A stretch of 64,000 nucleotides of DNA from the NCBI RefSeq assembly GCF_017302975.1, contig NZ_JAFIMT010000003.1; one strand, 5' to 3'. Below, one piece after another: positions 1 through 9,292 of this stretch; within the stretch, counting starts at the first letter, position 1; every line of letters starts with the position of its first letter. The translations under genes were made by a program, and so were the position numbers. The notes under the pieces are model-generated. The model saw nothing but the letters and a program-made list of their open reading frames with translations. It was not told the origin of the DNA and searched no databases. The stretch is from Corallococcus exiguus. Lineage in GTDB: Bacteria > Myxococcota > Myxococcia > Myxococcales > Myxococcaceae.

Positions 1-1
1 C

Positions 2-1465
2 CAGACGGCCGCCTTCCGGGACAGCGCGGGGGACGTGGGCGGCGACCTCCTCGCCCACTTCGAGCACCAGATTCGCCTTGAGGAAGAGCGGCTGAGCGAC
101 CCGTCGTCGCTGCCGCACGAAGCCCACTTCGCGGTGGGCGCTTCCCTGCTCAAGGCGCGCATCGACGGCATCTCCGGCCGGGGCGGGGCGCTCACCGGCT
201 ACGTGGTGACGTGGACGGACGTCACGGATCAGCAGCGCGCGGACACGGAGTTGGCGCGCCTGAGGGCCATGCTGGAGAACGCGCCCACCTGCGTGATGGT
301 GGCCGACCTGGACCTGAAGATCGTCTACCTGAACCCCGCCTCGCGCCGGCTGTTGCAGCGCGTGGAGAAGCACCTGCCCATCGCCGCGGACCGGGTGCTG
401 GGCTCCCACATCGACGTCTTCCACAAGGACGTGGCGTACCAGCGGAAGATCCTGGCCAACGACAAGAACCTGCCGGTGCGCGCGAACATCCCCATTGGCC
501 CGGAGACCGCGGACCTGCTGGTGACGGCGGTGTACGACGGCCAGGGCCGCTACCTGGGTCCCATGGTGACGTGGGAGCTGATCACGGAGAAGCTCGCCGT
601 GCAGCAGCGCGAGCGGGATCTGGACTCCACCCTGCGCGGCATCTTCCAGGAGGTGACGCAGCACTCGCAGACGCTCGCCGCGTCGTCGCAGGAGCTGTCC
701 AGCGTCAGCCAGCAGATGGTGAGCAACGCGCAGGAGACCGCGGCGCAGGCCACGCAGGTGTCCGCCGGCGCCGAACAAGTCAGCCGCAACGTGCAGAGCG
801 TCGCGTCCGGCATGGAGGAGGTCAACGCGAACATCCGAGAGGTGGCGCGCAACGCGAGCACCGCCGCCAAGGTGGCGTCCTCCGCGGTGAAGCTCGCGGA
901 CTCCACGTCCAGCGTCGTCGGCAAGCTGGGGACGAGCAGCCAGGAGATCGGCAAGGTCATCAAGGTCATCACCTCCATCGCGCAGCAGACGAACCTGCTG
1001 GCGCTCAACGCGACCATCGAGGCGGCCCGCGCCGGTGAGGCGGGCCGGGGCTTCGCGGTGGTGGCCAACGAGGTGAAGGAGCTGGCGCGCGAGACGGCCC
1101 GCGCCACGGAGGACATCGGCCAGAAGATCGGCAGCATCCAGGGCGACACCGAGGAGGTGGTCAACGCCATCCTGGAGATTGGCGCCACCATCGGCCGCAT
1201 CAACGAGCTGCAGACGTCCATCGCCTCCTCCGTGGAGGAGCAGACGGCCACCGCGGGGGAGATCCTCCGCAACGTGGGCGAGGCCGCCAAGGGCAGCCAG
1301 CAGATCTCCGAGAACATGGCTGCCGTGGCGGAGGCCGCGCGCAGCACCACCGAGGGCGCGGGCAGCACGCAGCGCTCGGCGGTGGAGCTGGCCCACATGG
1401 CGCAGTCGCTGCAACGGCTGGTCGTGCAGGTGGACACCTCCGACAAGCAGACGCGGACGAAGTAG
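2..1465 (+). CDS. Methyl-accepting chemotaxis protein with PAS domain (5' partial, runs off window start)
   Basis: Open frame from nt 2 with no upstream stop. The MCP signalling-domain highly conserved region ([31 protein letters not shown]) is present, with a PAS-like segment N-terminal to it. cheB and cheR lie downstream on the same strand. Confidence 0.85.
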   Translation, partial: QTAAFRDSAGDVGGDLLAHFEHQIRLEEERLSDPSSLPHEAHFAVGASLLKARIDGISGRGGALTGYVVTWTDVTDQQRADTELARLRAMLENAPTCVMVADLDLKIVYLNPASRRLLQRVEKHLPIAADRVLGSHIDVFHKDVAYQRKILANDKNLPVRANIPIGPETADLLVTAVYDGQGRYLGPMVTWELITEKLAVQQRERDLDSTLRGIFQEVTQHSQTLAASSQELSSVSQQMVSNAQETAAQATQVSAGAEQVSRNVQSVASGMEEVNANIREVARNASTAAKVASSAVKLADSTSSVVGKLGTSSQEIGKVIKVITSIAQQTNLLALNATIEAARAGEAGRGFAVVANEVKELARETARATEDIGQKIGSIQGDTEEVVNAILEIGATIGRINELQTSIASSVEEQTATAGEILRNVGEAAKGSQQISENMAAVAEAARSTTEGAGSTQRSAVELAHMAQSLQRLVVQVDTSDKQTRTK

Positions 1466-1499
1466 CGCGGGCGGCGTCAGGACCAGGGAGCCACGGCAC

Positions 1500-3029
1500 G
1501 TGCGAACCGGATTGAAGCGGTGGTGGGAGCTGGGCCAGGTGGCCCGTGCCTCCACGCGTCTGCGGCGGGCGTCCCGGCCCCAGGACGCGGAGCTCGCGCG
1601 ACACGAGTTGGCCCAGCGCCTGTTGGGACTTCGCGGGCTGCCCCAGAAGGTGGGCCAGGTGCTCACGCTCGCGGAGCTGGGCGCGGACACGCCGGGGTTC
1701 GGTTCGCTCGCGGAGGCGCCCTCCCCGCTCGACCCGGAGGCCGCGCTGGCGGAGGTGTCCCGCCGGTTGGGCCGTCCGTGGCGGGAGGTGTTCAAGTCGC
1801 TGGAGGGCACGGGCATCGCCGCGTCGCTGGGCCAGGTGCACCGGGGCGTGCTGCATGACGGGCGCACCGTGGCCGTGAAGCTGCGGCACCCGGGCATCGC
1901 GGAGGCCGTGAAGGATGATCTGCGCGCGCTGGGGTGGCTGGCCGCTCCGTTGGGAGGCTGGCGCGGGAAGCTGGACCTGTCCGCCTACCGCCACGAGCTG
2001 GCCCGCATGCTCCAGGGTGAGTTGGACTATCGCCACGAGGCCCAGGCGCTGCAGGACGCGGGCACTCGCATGGCGGAAGTGCCAGGCGTCATCATCCCCG
2101 TGCCGGTGGATGAGATCACTCGGGAAGACCTGTTGGTGATGACGTGGGTGGAGGGCACGTCGCTCGCGGATGGCTGGCGCGGGAGCGAAGCGGACCGCCG
2201 CGCGCTGTCCACGACGCTGGTGCGGCTGTTCCTCCACGGCTGCTTCACGTGGGGCGCGCTCCACGCGGATCCGCACCCGGGCAACTACCGCGTGTCGCGG
2301 GGAGCGGACGGCAAGCCCGTGCTGGGAGTGCTCGACTTCGGCTGCGTGAAGCCGCTGCAGCCGGAGCTGCCCGTGGGGCTGGCGCGGTTGATTTCACTCC
2401 TCAAGTGTCCGAGCACTCCACCGTGCCCGGAGCAGCTCCTGTCCGCGTGGGTGATGCTGGGCTTCGCGCCGGAGTTGCTGGAGCCCATGGCGGAGGCGCT
2501 GCCCGCCGTCAGCCGCGTGCTGCTGGAGCCCTTCCTGCTGGACCGTCCCTTCGACGCGCGAAGCTGGCGGCTGGGCGAGCGGCTCACCGAAGCACTGGGG
2601 CCACACCGCTGGAACTTCCGCGCGGCGGGGCCCGCGTCGCTCCTGTTCGTCCTGCGCGCGTTCCACGGGCTGGTGCGCCACCTGGACGTGCTGGATGCGC
2701 CCATCGCCTGGGGACCGCTCCTGGATGAGGCCCGCGCCCCTTCGCTGCCACCTCCGCCTTCGCCGCAGGCGGCTCCCGTGGAGGGCACCGCGCGCTACCT
2801 GAAGGTCCAGGTGACGGAAGGAGGGCGCACGCGCGTCGCGCTGACCTTCCGCGCGGACGTGACTGCGCACCTGGAGGACCTGCTGCCGGAGGACCTGCCT
2901 CGCAAGCTTGCCGCTCGGGGCGTGGATCCGGCGGCCATTGGTATCGCGGCGGTCGCGGCGGGTCTGCGGCCGTCGGAGTTGTTCCACCTGGACGAGGGCC
3001 GCCGGCGTGTCCGGGTCTGGCTCGAATGA
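1500..3029 (+). CDS. ABC1/UbiB (AarF) family atypical protein kinase
   Basis: GTG start at 1500 inside a longer ORF that overlaps the MCP. ABC1 kinase hallmarks are present (VAVKLRHPGI, HADPHPGN, LGVLDFG). About 509 aa. Confidence 0.75.
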   Translation: MRTGLKRWWELGQVARASTRLRRASRPQDAELARHELAQRLLGLRGLPQKVGQVLTLAELGADTPGFGSLAEAPSPLDPEAALAEVSRRLGRPWREVFKSLEGTGIAASLGQVHRGVLHDGRTVAVKLRHPGIAEAVKDDLRALGWLAAPLGGWRGKLDLSAYRHELARMLQGELDYRHEAQALQDAGTRMAEVPGVIIPVPVDEITREDLLVMTWVEGTSLADGWRGSEADRRALSTTLVRLFLHGCFTWGALHADPHPGNYRVSRGADGKPVLGVLDFGCVKPLQPELPVGLARLISLLKCPSTPPCPEQLLSAWVMLGFAPELLEPMAEALPAVSRVLLEPFLLDRPFDARSWRLGERLTEALGPHRWNFRAAGPASLLFVLRAFHGLVRHLDVLDAPIAWGPLLDEARAPSLPPPPSPQAAPVEGTARYLKVQVTEGGRTRVALTFRADVTAHLEDLLPEDLPRKLAARGVDPAAIGIAAVAAGLRPSELFHLDEGRRRVRVWLE

Positions 3030-3051
3030 AACACGGACAAGGAGGTGACGG

Positions 3052-3387
3052 ATGGTCACCATCGGCATGAACTACGAAGTGCGTGAGGGCAAGGCGGAAG
3101 CCTTCGAGCGGAAGTTCGCGCTCGTGCTGGAGGCGATGCGCAAGCTGCCGACGCACGCTCACACGGAGCTGTTCAAGAGCGTGGGAGCGCCGGGGCGCTA
3201 CCTCATCGTCTCCGAGTGGCACAGCCGGGAGGGCTTCGACGCCTTCGTCGCGTCCGAGGCCTTCCACCGCGTGACGGACTGGGGCGCCAGCGCCATCCTC
3301 GCGAGCCGGCCGCGCCACGAGGTGTATGGCGAGACGGCCTCCAGTGCCCCCGTGGGCCGCTGCCCGGTCGCGCACGCGGCGCGGTGA
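3052..3387 (+). CDS. Antibiotic-biosynthesis-monooxygenase (ABM) domain protein
   Basis: 111 aa with an ABM-like fold signature (VTIGMNYEVREGKAEAFERKF...VSEWHSREGFDAFVASEAF). Confidence 0.65.
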   Translation: MVTIGMNYEVREGKAEAFERKFALVLEAMRKLPTHAHTELFKSVGAPGRYLIVSEWHSREGFDAFVASEAFHRVTDWGASAILASRPRHEVYGETASSAPVGRCPVAHAAR

Positions 3388-3398
3388 AGCGGGTGCGC

Positions 3399-4463
3399 AT
3401 GAACGCCATCCGGGTCCTCGTGGTCGACGACGCGGCCGTGGTGCGGCGCCAGGTGTCGCTGCTGCTGGGCGCGGCTCCGGGCCTGGAGGTCGTCGCCACC
3501 GCGCCCAACGGCCGCATCGCCCTGGCGAAGGTGGAGCAGTTCCAGCCGGACGTCGTGCTGTTGGACCTGGAGATGCCGGAGCTGGACGGGCTGGAGACGC
3601 TGAAGCTCTTGCGCCAGCGCGCCCCGGAGTTGCCCGTGGTGATGTTCAGCGCGCTCACCGAACGCGCGGGCGTGTTGACCCTGGAGGCGCTCGCGCTGGG
3701 GGCCCGCGACTACGTGACGAAGCCCACGTCCGCGGGCGGGATGAACATCACCGTGGAGGCCGTGCGGGATGAACTGGTGCGCAAGCTCAAGGCGCTGAAC
3801 GTGCGCACGCCGTCCGCCACGCCCTCGCCTCCACTGGTGACGCGCGAGCCGCAGGCCCGGCCGCGAGTGCCCGCGCGGGTGGAGGCCATCGTCGTCGGCG
3901 CATCCACCGGAGGCCCTGGCGCGCTGGTGCGCCTGGTGTCCGCGTTGCCCGCGGACCTGCCGGTGCCGGTGTTCATCGTGCAGCACATGCCGCCCCTCTT
4001 CACCCGGCTACTCGCGGAGCGGTTGCAGGGCGTGACGCCACTCACCGTGCGCGAGGCGATGACGGGCGCATCCGTGAATGCGGGCGAGGTGTGGGTCGCT
4101 CCCGGCGATTTCCACCTGGCCGTGTGCCGGGATGCGACGGGCGTACGGCTGCTCACGCACCAGGGGCCCGCGGAGAACGCGTGCCGTCCGGCGGTGGACC
4201 TGCTCTTCCGCTCCGCGGCGGAGGTGTACGGCGCGGGGGTGCTGGCGGTGGTGCTCACCGGCATGGGCCAGGACGGGCTGCGCGGCTGCCGGCGGGTGAA
4301 CGAGGCAGGCGGTCAGGTGGTGGTGCAGGACCAGGCCAGCTGCGTCGTCGGCAGCATGCCGGGTGCGGTGGAACAGGCGGGGCTCGCGGATGCCGTGGTG
4401 CCCCTGGAGGCGCTGGCCCTGGAGCTGGCGCGGCGCGTGGATGCGCGCGGACGGAGGACTTGA
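3399..4463 (+). CDS. cheB: Chemotaxis response regulator protein-glutamate methylesterase CheB
   Basis: N-terminal receiver domain (VLVVDDAAVVRR...DLEMPELDG) followed by the CheB methylesterase domain (GASTGGPGAL, VQHMPPLFT, GMGQDG). ATG at 3399 follows the upstream stop at 3387. Confidence 0.9.
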   Translation: MNAIRVLVVDDAAVVRRQVSLLLGAAPGLEVVATAPNGRIALAKVEQFQPDVVLLDLEMPELDGLETLKLLRQRAPELPVVMFSALTERAGVLTLEALALGARDYVTKPTSAGGMNITVEAVRDELVRKLKALNVRTPSATPSPPLVTREPQARPRVPARVEAIVVGASTGGPGALVRLVSALPADLPVPVFIVQHMPPLFTRLLAERLQGVTPLTVREAMTGASVNAGEVWVAPGDFHLAVCRDATGVRLLTHQGPAENACRPAVDLLFRSAAEVYGAGVLAVVLTGMGQDGLRGCRRVNEAGGQVVVQDQASCVVGSMPGAVEQAGLADAVVPLEALALELARRVDARGRRT

Positions 4464-4465
4464 AC

Positions 4466-5356
4466 ATGTCCCTGCTTCCCGACGACTTCTCATACCTGCG
4501 GCAGCGCGTGCTGCGCCGCTCCGGGCTCGTGCTGGAGGCCGACACGTACGCGCTGGTGGAGACGCGGCTCACGCCCCTCATGCGCGAGGAGCGGCTGCCG
4601 GACCTGTCCTCCCTGGTCTCGCGGTTGCGCTCTCAGCCGGAGGGCAGTCCGCTGCACCAGCGCCTGGCGGAAGCGCTGGCCAACCACGAGACGGCCTTCT
4701 TCCGTGACGCGCCCGTCTTCGAGGCCCTGCGCACCACGGTGCTGCCCACGCTGCTGGCCAGGCGCGTCCGCACGAGGACGCTGCGCATCTGGTGCGCGGC
4801 ATGTGCCTACGGTCAGGAGCCCTACAGCGTCGCGATGACGCTGGCCGAGGCCGGGCTGCTCATCACCGGATGGACGGTGCGAATCCTCGCCACCGACTTC
4901 TCCACCCGCGCGCTCGTGCGCGCCTGCGAGGCCCGCTACGACGCGAAGGAGATCCACCGGGGCCTGACTCCCGAGCTGCGCCAGCGCTACTTCCACCAGG
5001 AGCGCGACGGGTGGCGGCTGAGTGAACAGGTGCGCAAGCCGGTGGAGTTCCGGCCGCTCAACCTGATGGAGGACTTCCCGCTGGAAGCGCCCGTGGATCT
5101 CGTCTTCCTGCGCAACGTGATGATCTACTGGGACGCGCCCACCCGGCGCGCGGTGCTCGCCCGCGTGCGGCGGATGCTGCACGCGGACGGCTACCTGGTG
5201 CTGGGCGCCGCGGAGGCCTCGCCCCTGGTGGAGGACGGCTTCACGCGGCACCTGATTGGACAGACGAGCTGGTACCGCCCCACGCCCGCCGCGTCTGGCG
5301 TCGGCGCGCCCGTGGAGGACGCGCGGCGCTCGGCCCGCTCCGGCGCTACACCTTGA
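4466..5356 (+). CDS. cheR: Chemotaxis protein methyltransferase CheR
   Basis: CheR N-terminal helical domain plus SAM methyltransferase domain (RIWCAACAYGQEPYSVAMTL, LRNVMIYWD). ATG at 4466 is 3 nt after the cheB stop. Confidence 0.9.
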   Translation: MSLLPDDFSYLRQRVLRRSGLVLEADTYALVETRLTPLMREERLPDLSSLVSRLRSQPEGSPLHQRLAEALANHETAFFRDAPVFEALRTTVLPTLLARRVRTRTLRIWCAACAYGQEPYSVAMTLAEAGLLITGWTVRILATDFSTRALVRACEARYDAKEIHRGLTPELRQRYFHQERDGWRLSEQVRKPVEFRPLNLMEDFPLEAPVDLVFLRNVMIYWDAPTRRAVLARVRRMLHADGYLVLGAAEASPLVEDGFTRHLIGQTSWYRPTPAASGVGAPVEDARRSARSGATP

Positions 5357-6266
5357 GGCGGATGGCGCCCGGCAACAGCGTCATGGTGCAGGGCAGCCGG
5401 CCCGGCGTCTCGCCGTCAACGTCCAGGAACACGTCGCCCGTCAGCGACTCCGCATGGATCGTGCGGCAGCGCAGCCGCCGCGTGCCCTTCCAGGTGACGT
5501 GGTCGCCGTTGTAGACGCCCTTGGACTTGAGGACGAAGTCGGACAGGCCGTAGTTGGACCAGATGGTGACGTCGAAGAGGCCGTCGTGCGTCACCGCGTC
5601 GGGCGCCACGAACATGCCGCTGCCGAAGTAGCGGCCGTTGGCCACGGCCACCGCGGTGACGCTCACCGTCTCCGGCTCGCCGCCGTCCACCGTGAGGCGC
5701 ACCTGCTGCTCCTGGTACTTGATGAGGCCCTTCACGGTGCCCCACATGAAGCTCAGGTTGCCGCCCAGCGCCTTGCTGCCCTGGTTCACCTCGCGGGCCA
5801 CCACCGCGCTCACGCCGAACGAGGCGATGTTGGCGAAGAAGCGCGTGGCCGGCTTGCCGTCGTTGTCCGTGAACTCCAGCCGGCCCACGTCGAAGGGCTC
5901 GGTCGTCTCCGTGCGCAGCCGCTCCAGCGCGGACGTCAGCTCCAGGTCCCACCCGAAGGTGCGGCGGAAGTCGCCGCCCGTGCCTCGGGGCAACAGGCCC
6001 AGCGTGGCCCGGGGGTTGATGACCTGTCCGTCGCGGAAGAAGCCGTTGGTGACCTCGTTGAGGGTGCCGTCGCCGCCCACCGCGACGATGCACTCATAGC
6101 CATCATCGATGGCCTGCCGCGCCAGACGCGCCGCATCCATGCCGCCGCTGGTGAAGCCGTACCCGAAGTCACCGAGCACCTTGCCCACCTGCGCGGATAT
6201 CTCCACCCATCGCTTCCCCGTCTGCCCGTTGGCGCTGCGCGGGTTGACCACGAGGAACGTCTTCAT
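5346..6266 (-). CDS. Diacylglycerol-kinase catalytic-domain lipid kinase (YegS/BmrU-like)
   Basis: DAGK_cat motifs are present (VNPRSANGQ, AVGGDGTLNEV, GLLPRGTGGDF). 306 aa. Confidence 0.8.
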   Translation of the reverse strand: MKTFLVVNPRSANGQTGKRWVEISAQVGKVLGDFGYGFTSGGMDAARLARQAIDDGYECIVAVGGDGTLNEVTNGFFRDGQVINPRATLGLLPRGTGGDFRRTFGWDLELTSALERLRTETTEPFDVGRLEFTDNDGKPATRFFANIASFGVSAVVAREVNQGSKALGGNLSFMWGTVKGLIKYQEQQVRLTVDGGEPETVSVTAVAVANGRYFGSGMFVAPDAVTHDGLFDVTIWSNYGLSDFVLKSKGVYNGDHVTWKGTRRLRCRTIHAESLTGDVFLDVDGETPGRLPCTMTLLPGAIRLKV

Positions 6267-6364
6267 TCAGTGCCTTCTCCCTGCTGCGAGAACGGCCTGT
6301 TTACGCAATTGTGAGCCAAGGCTCCACTCCGTGACCCACGGGAGGGCCTCATCGCCCGGGGTGT

Positions 6365-7099
6365 TTGTCACCCGGCCCCGTCCATGATGGGCTTTTCGCC
6401 CCCCCTTTTCGTCCCAGACCCCGAGTGAACCCCCCGTCCCCCACCGAGCAGCTCGCGCCCCACCGGGAGGCCACGCGCGCCCTGGACTGGGCGCTGCCCG
6501 CGCTCCGGGCGGACCTGGCGGCGGCGCGCCAGCCCTTCCGGGAGACAGGAGCCCAGGAGGACTTCCTGCACCGTCATGACGCACCGGCCCATGAAGCCCA
6601 GGGCCCTGCGCGGACGGAGCGCTTCGAACGGGCCCTGGACCGGGTGCGGCGGCTCGCGGACCTGGGCGAGCCGCTGACCTTCGCCCGGATGGTGGAGGTC
6701 CAGGCGGAACTCCTGGGCGCGCCCACGGGCTTCCGCACCGGGGACGCCTTCGCGCGGGGTGGCGCGCACCGCTATGCGCAAGCACCCGGCCTGGCGGCGG
6801 CCTTCCGCGACAAGGTGGAAGCGGACGCGCGGGAAGAGCGTCATCCCGTGGCGCATGCAACGCGGTTGTACCTGGACCTGTGTTTCTTCCACCCCTTCCC
6901 GGACGGCAACGCCCGCGCGGCGAGGCTGTGGCTGGAATACATGCTGCGCCGGGGCCGGCTGCCCACGCCGCCGCTGGCGCCCGTGGTGCTGTGGCCCAAG
7001 CGTCCGGGGGACGCGGTGAACTACACACGGCTGGCGAGGCTGCTGGCCCGGACCATCGCGGGGCCGGACGCCCCGTGCCCCAACGAGGTGCCCGAATGA
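6365..7099 (+). CDS. Fic/Doc family protein (adenylyltransferase-type fold)
   Basis: Fic core motif HPFPDGNARAARL (HxFx(D/E)GN[G/A]RxxR) near residue 180. 244 aa. The true start may be a few codons downstream. Confidence 0.8.
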   Translation: MSPGPVHDGLFAPPFRPRPRVNPPSPTEQLAPHREATRALDWALPALRADLAAARQPFRETGAQEDFLHRHDAPAHEAQGPARTERFERALDRVRRLADLGEPLTFARMVEVQAELLGAPTGFRTGDAFARGGAHRYAQAPGLAAAFRDKVEADAREERHPVAHATRLYLDLCFFHPFPDGNARAARLWLEYMLRRGRLPTPPLAPVVLWPKRPGDAVNYTRLARLLARTIAGPDAPCPNEVPE

Positions 7100-7761
7100 G
7101 CAGTGACGCTTCGGCTTTCACGTGGCGCGGCATCCGCGACAGCCTGGATGCCTATGCACCGCAAGCGCTGGCGGCCCGGCTGCGGGAGTCCCTGGCTCCC
7201 TTGCGGTCCGGAGTCATTGCGCAAGGCCAGCTCAAGCAGGCGAAGAACGTCGTGCAGGACCTGCTCCGGGCCGAACTGGGGCCCTGGTACACGGAGAGTG
7301 GCCTGCCCCTGGGCAATGAAGTGCTGGGGGGCTATTGCTGGTGTCACTCGTTCTTCAACCAGAACCCGCCGCATCGGACGATGGACGTGGATGCGAACAT
7401 CCAGCTCATGCTGGAGGCGCTGGAGCGGATCCGTTCGTTTCTCTACGCGCTGGATGGCATGTATCAAACCGCGCGCCGTCAGCTCGAGTTGGCGGCCGAC
7501 GACAAGGCTCTCCGGGCGAAGGCGCTCGCGGAAGGGCTGGTGCGGACCGTGGACCTGACGGCGGAGACGACGTCCTGCGAGGAGACCTGGTACCAGGTCG
7601 CGCAGGACGCCATGTCGTGGTGCATCGAGGCGATGGGACTGCCCTTGTCGGATGCCACGCAGGAGCAGTTGGACACAGCCTTCAACTTCACGTCCTGGAT
7701 CGCGCCGCCCCCGGAGGTCCTCCGCGACGCCGCGGCACGGGTCGCGGAGGTGGCCGTATGA
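7096..7761 (+). CDS. Hypothetical protein, Fic-associated paralog 1 (GGYCWCH motif)
   Basis: ATG overlaps the Fic stop (ATGA). 221 aa. Shares the motif block LGPWYTESGLPLGNEVLGGYCWCHSFFNQNPP with the next gene. Confidence 0.65.
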   Translation: MSSDASAFTWRGIRDSLDAYAPQALAARLRESLAPLRSGVIAQGQLKQAKNVVQDLLRAELGPWYTESGLPLGNEVLGGYCWCHSFFNQNPPHRTMDVDANIQLMLEALERIRSFLYALDGMYQTARRQLELAADDKALRAKALAEGLVRTVDLTAETTSCEETWYQVAQDAMSWCIEAMGLPLSDATQEQLDTAFNFTSWIAPPPEVLRDAAARVAEVAV

Positions 7762-8453
7762 GCCGTTCAGCCCTGGGGCACTGGCTGCGCATCCGCGACA
7801 GTCTGGGCGGGTATGAGCCGGAGAAGCTCATCCGGCTGCTGCGCGAATACCTGGCGCCGCGCGTGCCCCCGGGGACGCGCAAGCTCACGGACGAGCAGCA
7901 CGACACGATGGCGAAGCACATCCAGCGGATGCTCAACCAGAACCTGGGCCCCTGGTACACGGAGACGGGCCTGTATCTGGGCAATGAGAGCTTCGGCGGC
8001 TACTGCTGGTGCCACCGTTTCTTCGGACAGAAGCCCACTCCCAACATGAGCGTGGAATACAACATCCAGCTCATCATCAACGCGCTCGAGCAGTCGCGCG
8101 AATGGCTGTTCAAGCTGAACACCCACTTCCAGGCGCTGAAGCGGGACCTGCCGTCCGGCCCCAACGACAATGACATCCGGACGCTGGCGCTGGCGGATGG
8201 AATCGTCACCACGATGAACCTCACCATCGACGCCACCGGCTGCGAGGAGTCCTGGTACACCTTCGCGGACCAGGCGCTGTCCTGGATGTTCGACGCCATC
8301 GAACTGCGCCCCGGCTATCAGGCCGGGAAGCTGATGCGGAAGCTGTTCGCCTTCGAGTCCTGGCACTCGCCGCCCGAGGCGGAGCTGCGCGACTCGGCGG
8401 AGAAGGTGGCGGCGGCCGTCGTGGAAGACGAGGGCCGCCGGCACACGCACTGA
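7758..8453 (+). CDS. Hypothetical protein, Fic-associated paralog 2 (GGYCWCH motif)
   Basis: ATG overlaps the stop of paralog 1 (ATGA). 231 aa. Conserved block LGPWYTETGLYLGNESFGGYCWCHRFFGQKP and similar overall architecture. Confidence 0.65.
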   Translation: MSRSALGHWLRIRDSLGGYEPEKLIRLLREYLAPRVPPGTRKLTDEQHDTMAKHIQRMLNQNLGPWYTETGLYLGNESFGGYCWCHRFFGQKPTPNMSVEYNIQLIINALEQSREWLFKLNTHFQALKRDLPSGPNDNDIRTLALADGIVTTMNLTIDATGCEESWYTFADQALSWMFDAIELRPGYQAGKLMRKLFAFESWHSPPEAELRDSAEKVAAAVVEDEGRRHTH

Positions 8454-8469
8454 CGCACGCGCCCCTCCC

Positions 8470-9138
8470 TCAGTGGATGGGCTTGCCGCGCGTCATCCGG
8501 CGGGCCTGCTCGCGCGAGCCGCCCTTCACCTCGATGCGCTTGCCTTGCGGCAGCGCCTCCGGAAGCTTCAGGGAGACCTCCAGGACGCCATTCTCGAAGT
8601 TCGCCTGGACCGACTCCGTGTCGATGCCTTCCGGGAGCGGGATGGCGCGGCGGAACAGACCGGTGCTGCGCTCCAGGCTCCAGATGCCCTCGGCCTCTTC
8701 TTCCTCCTCCAGTTCGAAGGAGCGTTCGCCTTCGATGATGAGCAGGTCCGGCTGCAGTTCGACGTGGATGTCCTCGTGCCTCATTCCCGGCAGGTCGGCC
8801 TTCACGATGAGGTTTCCGTTCCGCTCCAGCACGTCCACCTGCGGTGACCAGAGGCCCTCGTCCAGCAGGCCGCTCCGAGCGGCGAGGCCCCGGCCTCCGA
8901 AACCGGAGACGAGCCGGTCCATGTCCTCCATCATCCGGCGCAGCAGCCCGAACGGACTGACAGGCGCGGCTTCCCTGCCAATGGCCGGTGCCTGGGAGTC
9001 GCGGCGGCTGATGCCAGCGCCCGTCCTCGGGTCCTGTCCCTGCGAGGTGGCGCCCGGCACCTCGGCCTGGGCGTTCTTGACGACGGGCGAAGAGGAGGGT
9101 CCCCCCTGCGCGCCTGGGTTCCTGTTGTCCGCTGCCAT
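8470..9138 (-). CDS. Hsp20/alpha-crystallin family small heat-shock protein
   Basis: Alpha-crystallin domain (WSPQVDVLERNGNLIVKADLPGMRHEDIHVEL...GVLEVSLKLP). Start taken at the internal ATG (MAADN) at 9138. Confidence 0.8.
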   Translation of the reverse strand: MAADNRNPGAQGGPSSSPVVKNAQAEVPGATSQGQDPRTGAGISRRDSQAPAIGREAAPVSPFGLLRRMMEDMDRLVSGFGGRGLAARSGLLDEGLWSPQVDVLERNGNLIVKADLPGMRHEDIHVELQPDLLIIEGERSFELEEEEEAEGIWSLERSTGLFRRAIPLPEGIDTESVQANFENGVLEVSLKLPEALPQGKRIEVKGGSREQARRMTRGKPIH

Positions 9139-9292
9139 GACGTCCTCCCCCGGTGGAGCCGGCTGGCGCCTGGCCGCCGGACCGCACCGGTCACTCAAGC
9201 GGGGATGGAATCATCCCAACCTCGAACCTGGAGGTGCGCGGCGAGGCCATCAAGGGGCCCGGCCCCGCGGTCCGTCATGCGCGTGAGCCTCG

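Noticed and set aside
211-1446. ORFs 211..1038(+), 550..1446(-), 1200..2276(-), 2394..3375(-) overlapping the MCP and ABC1 genes
   Set aside because: Alternative or antisense frames inside genes with strong domain evidence. Compositionally biased (Arg/Pro/Gly).
6267-7133. 288-aa minus-strand ORF over the Fic gene
   Set aside because: Antisense to the Fic gene, which has a clear active-site motif. Pro/Arg/Gly low complexity.
9139-9292. Possible HAIR/CIRCE heat-shock operator upstream of hsp20
   Set aside because: Only a single CTTGAGT half-site and a short GGATG/CATCC inverted repeat are present. There is no full CIRCE or HAIR consensus.
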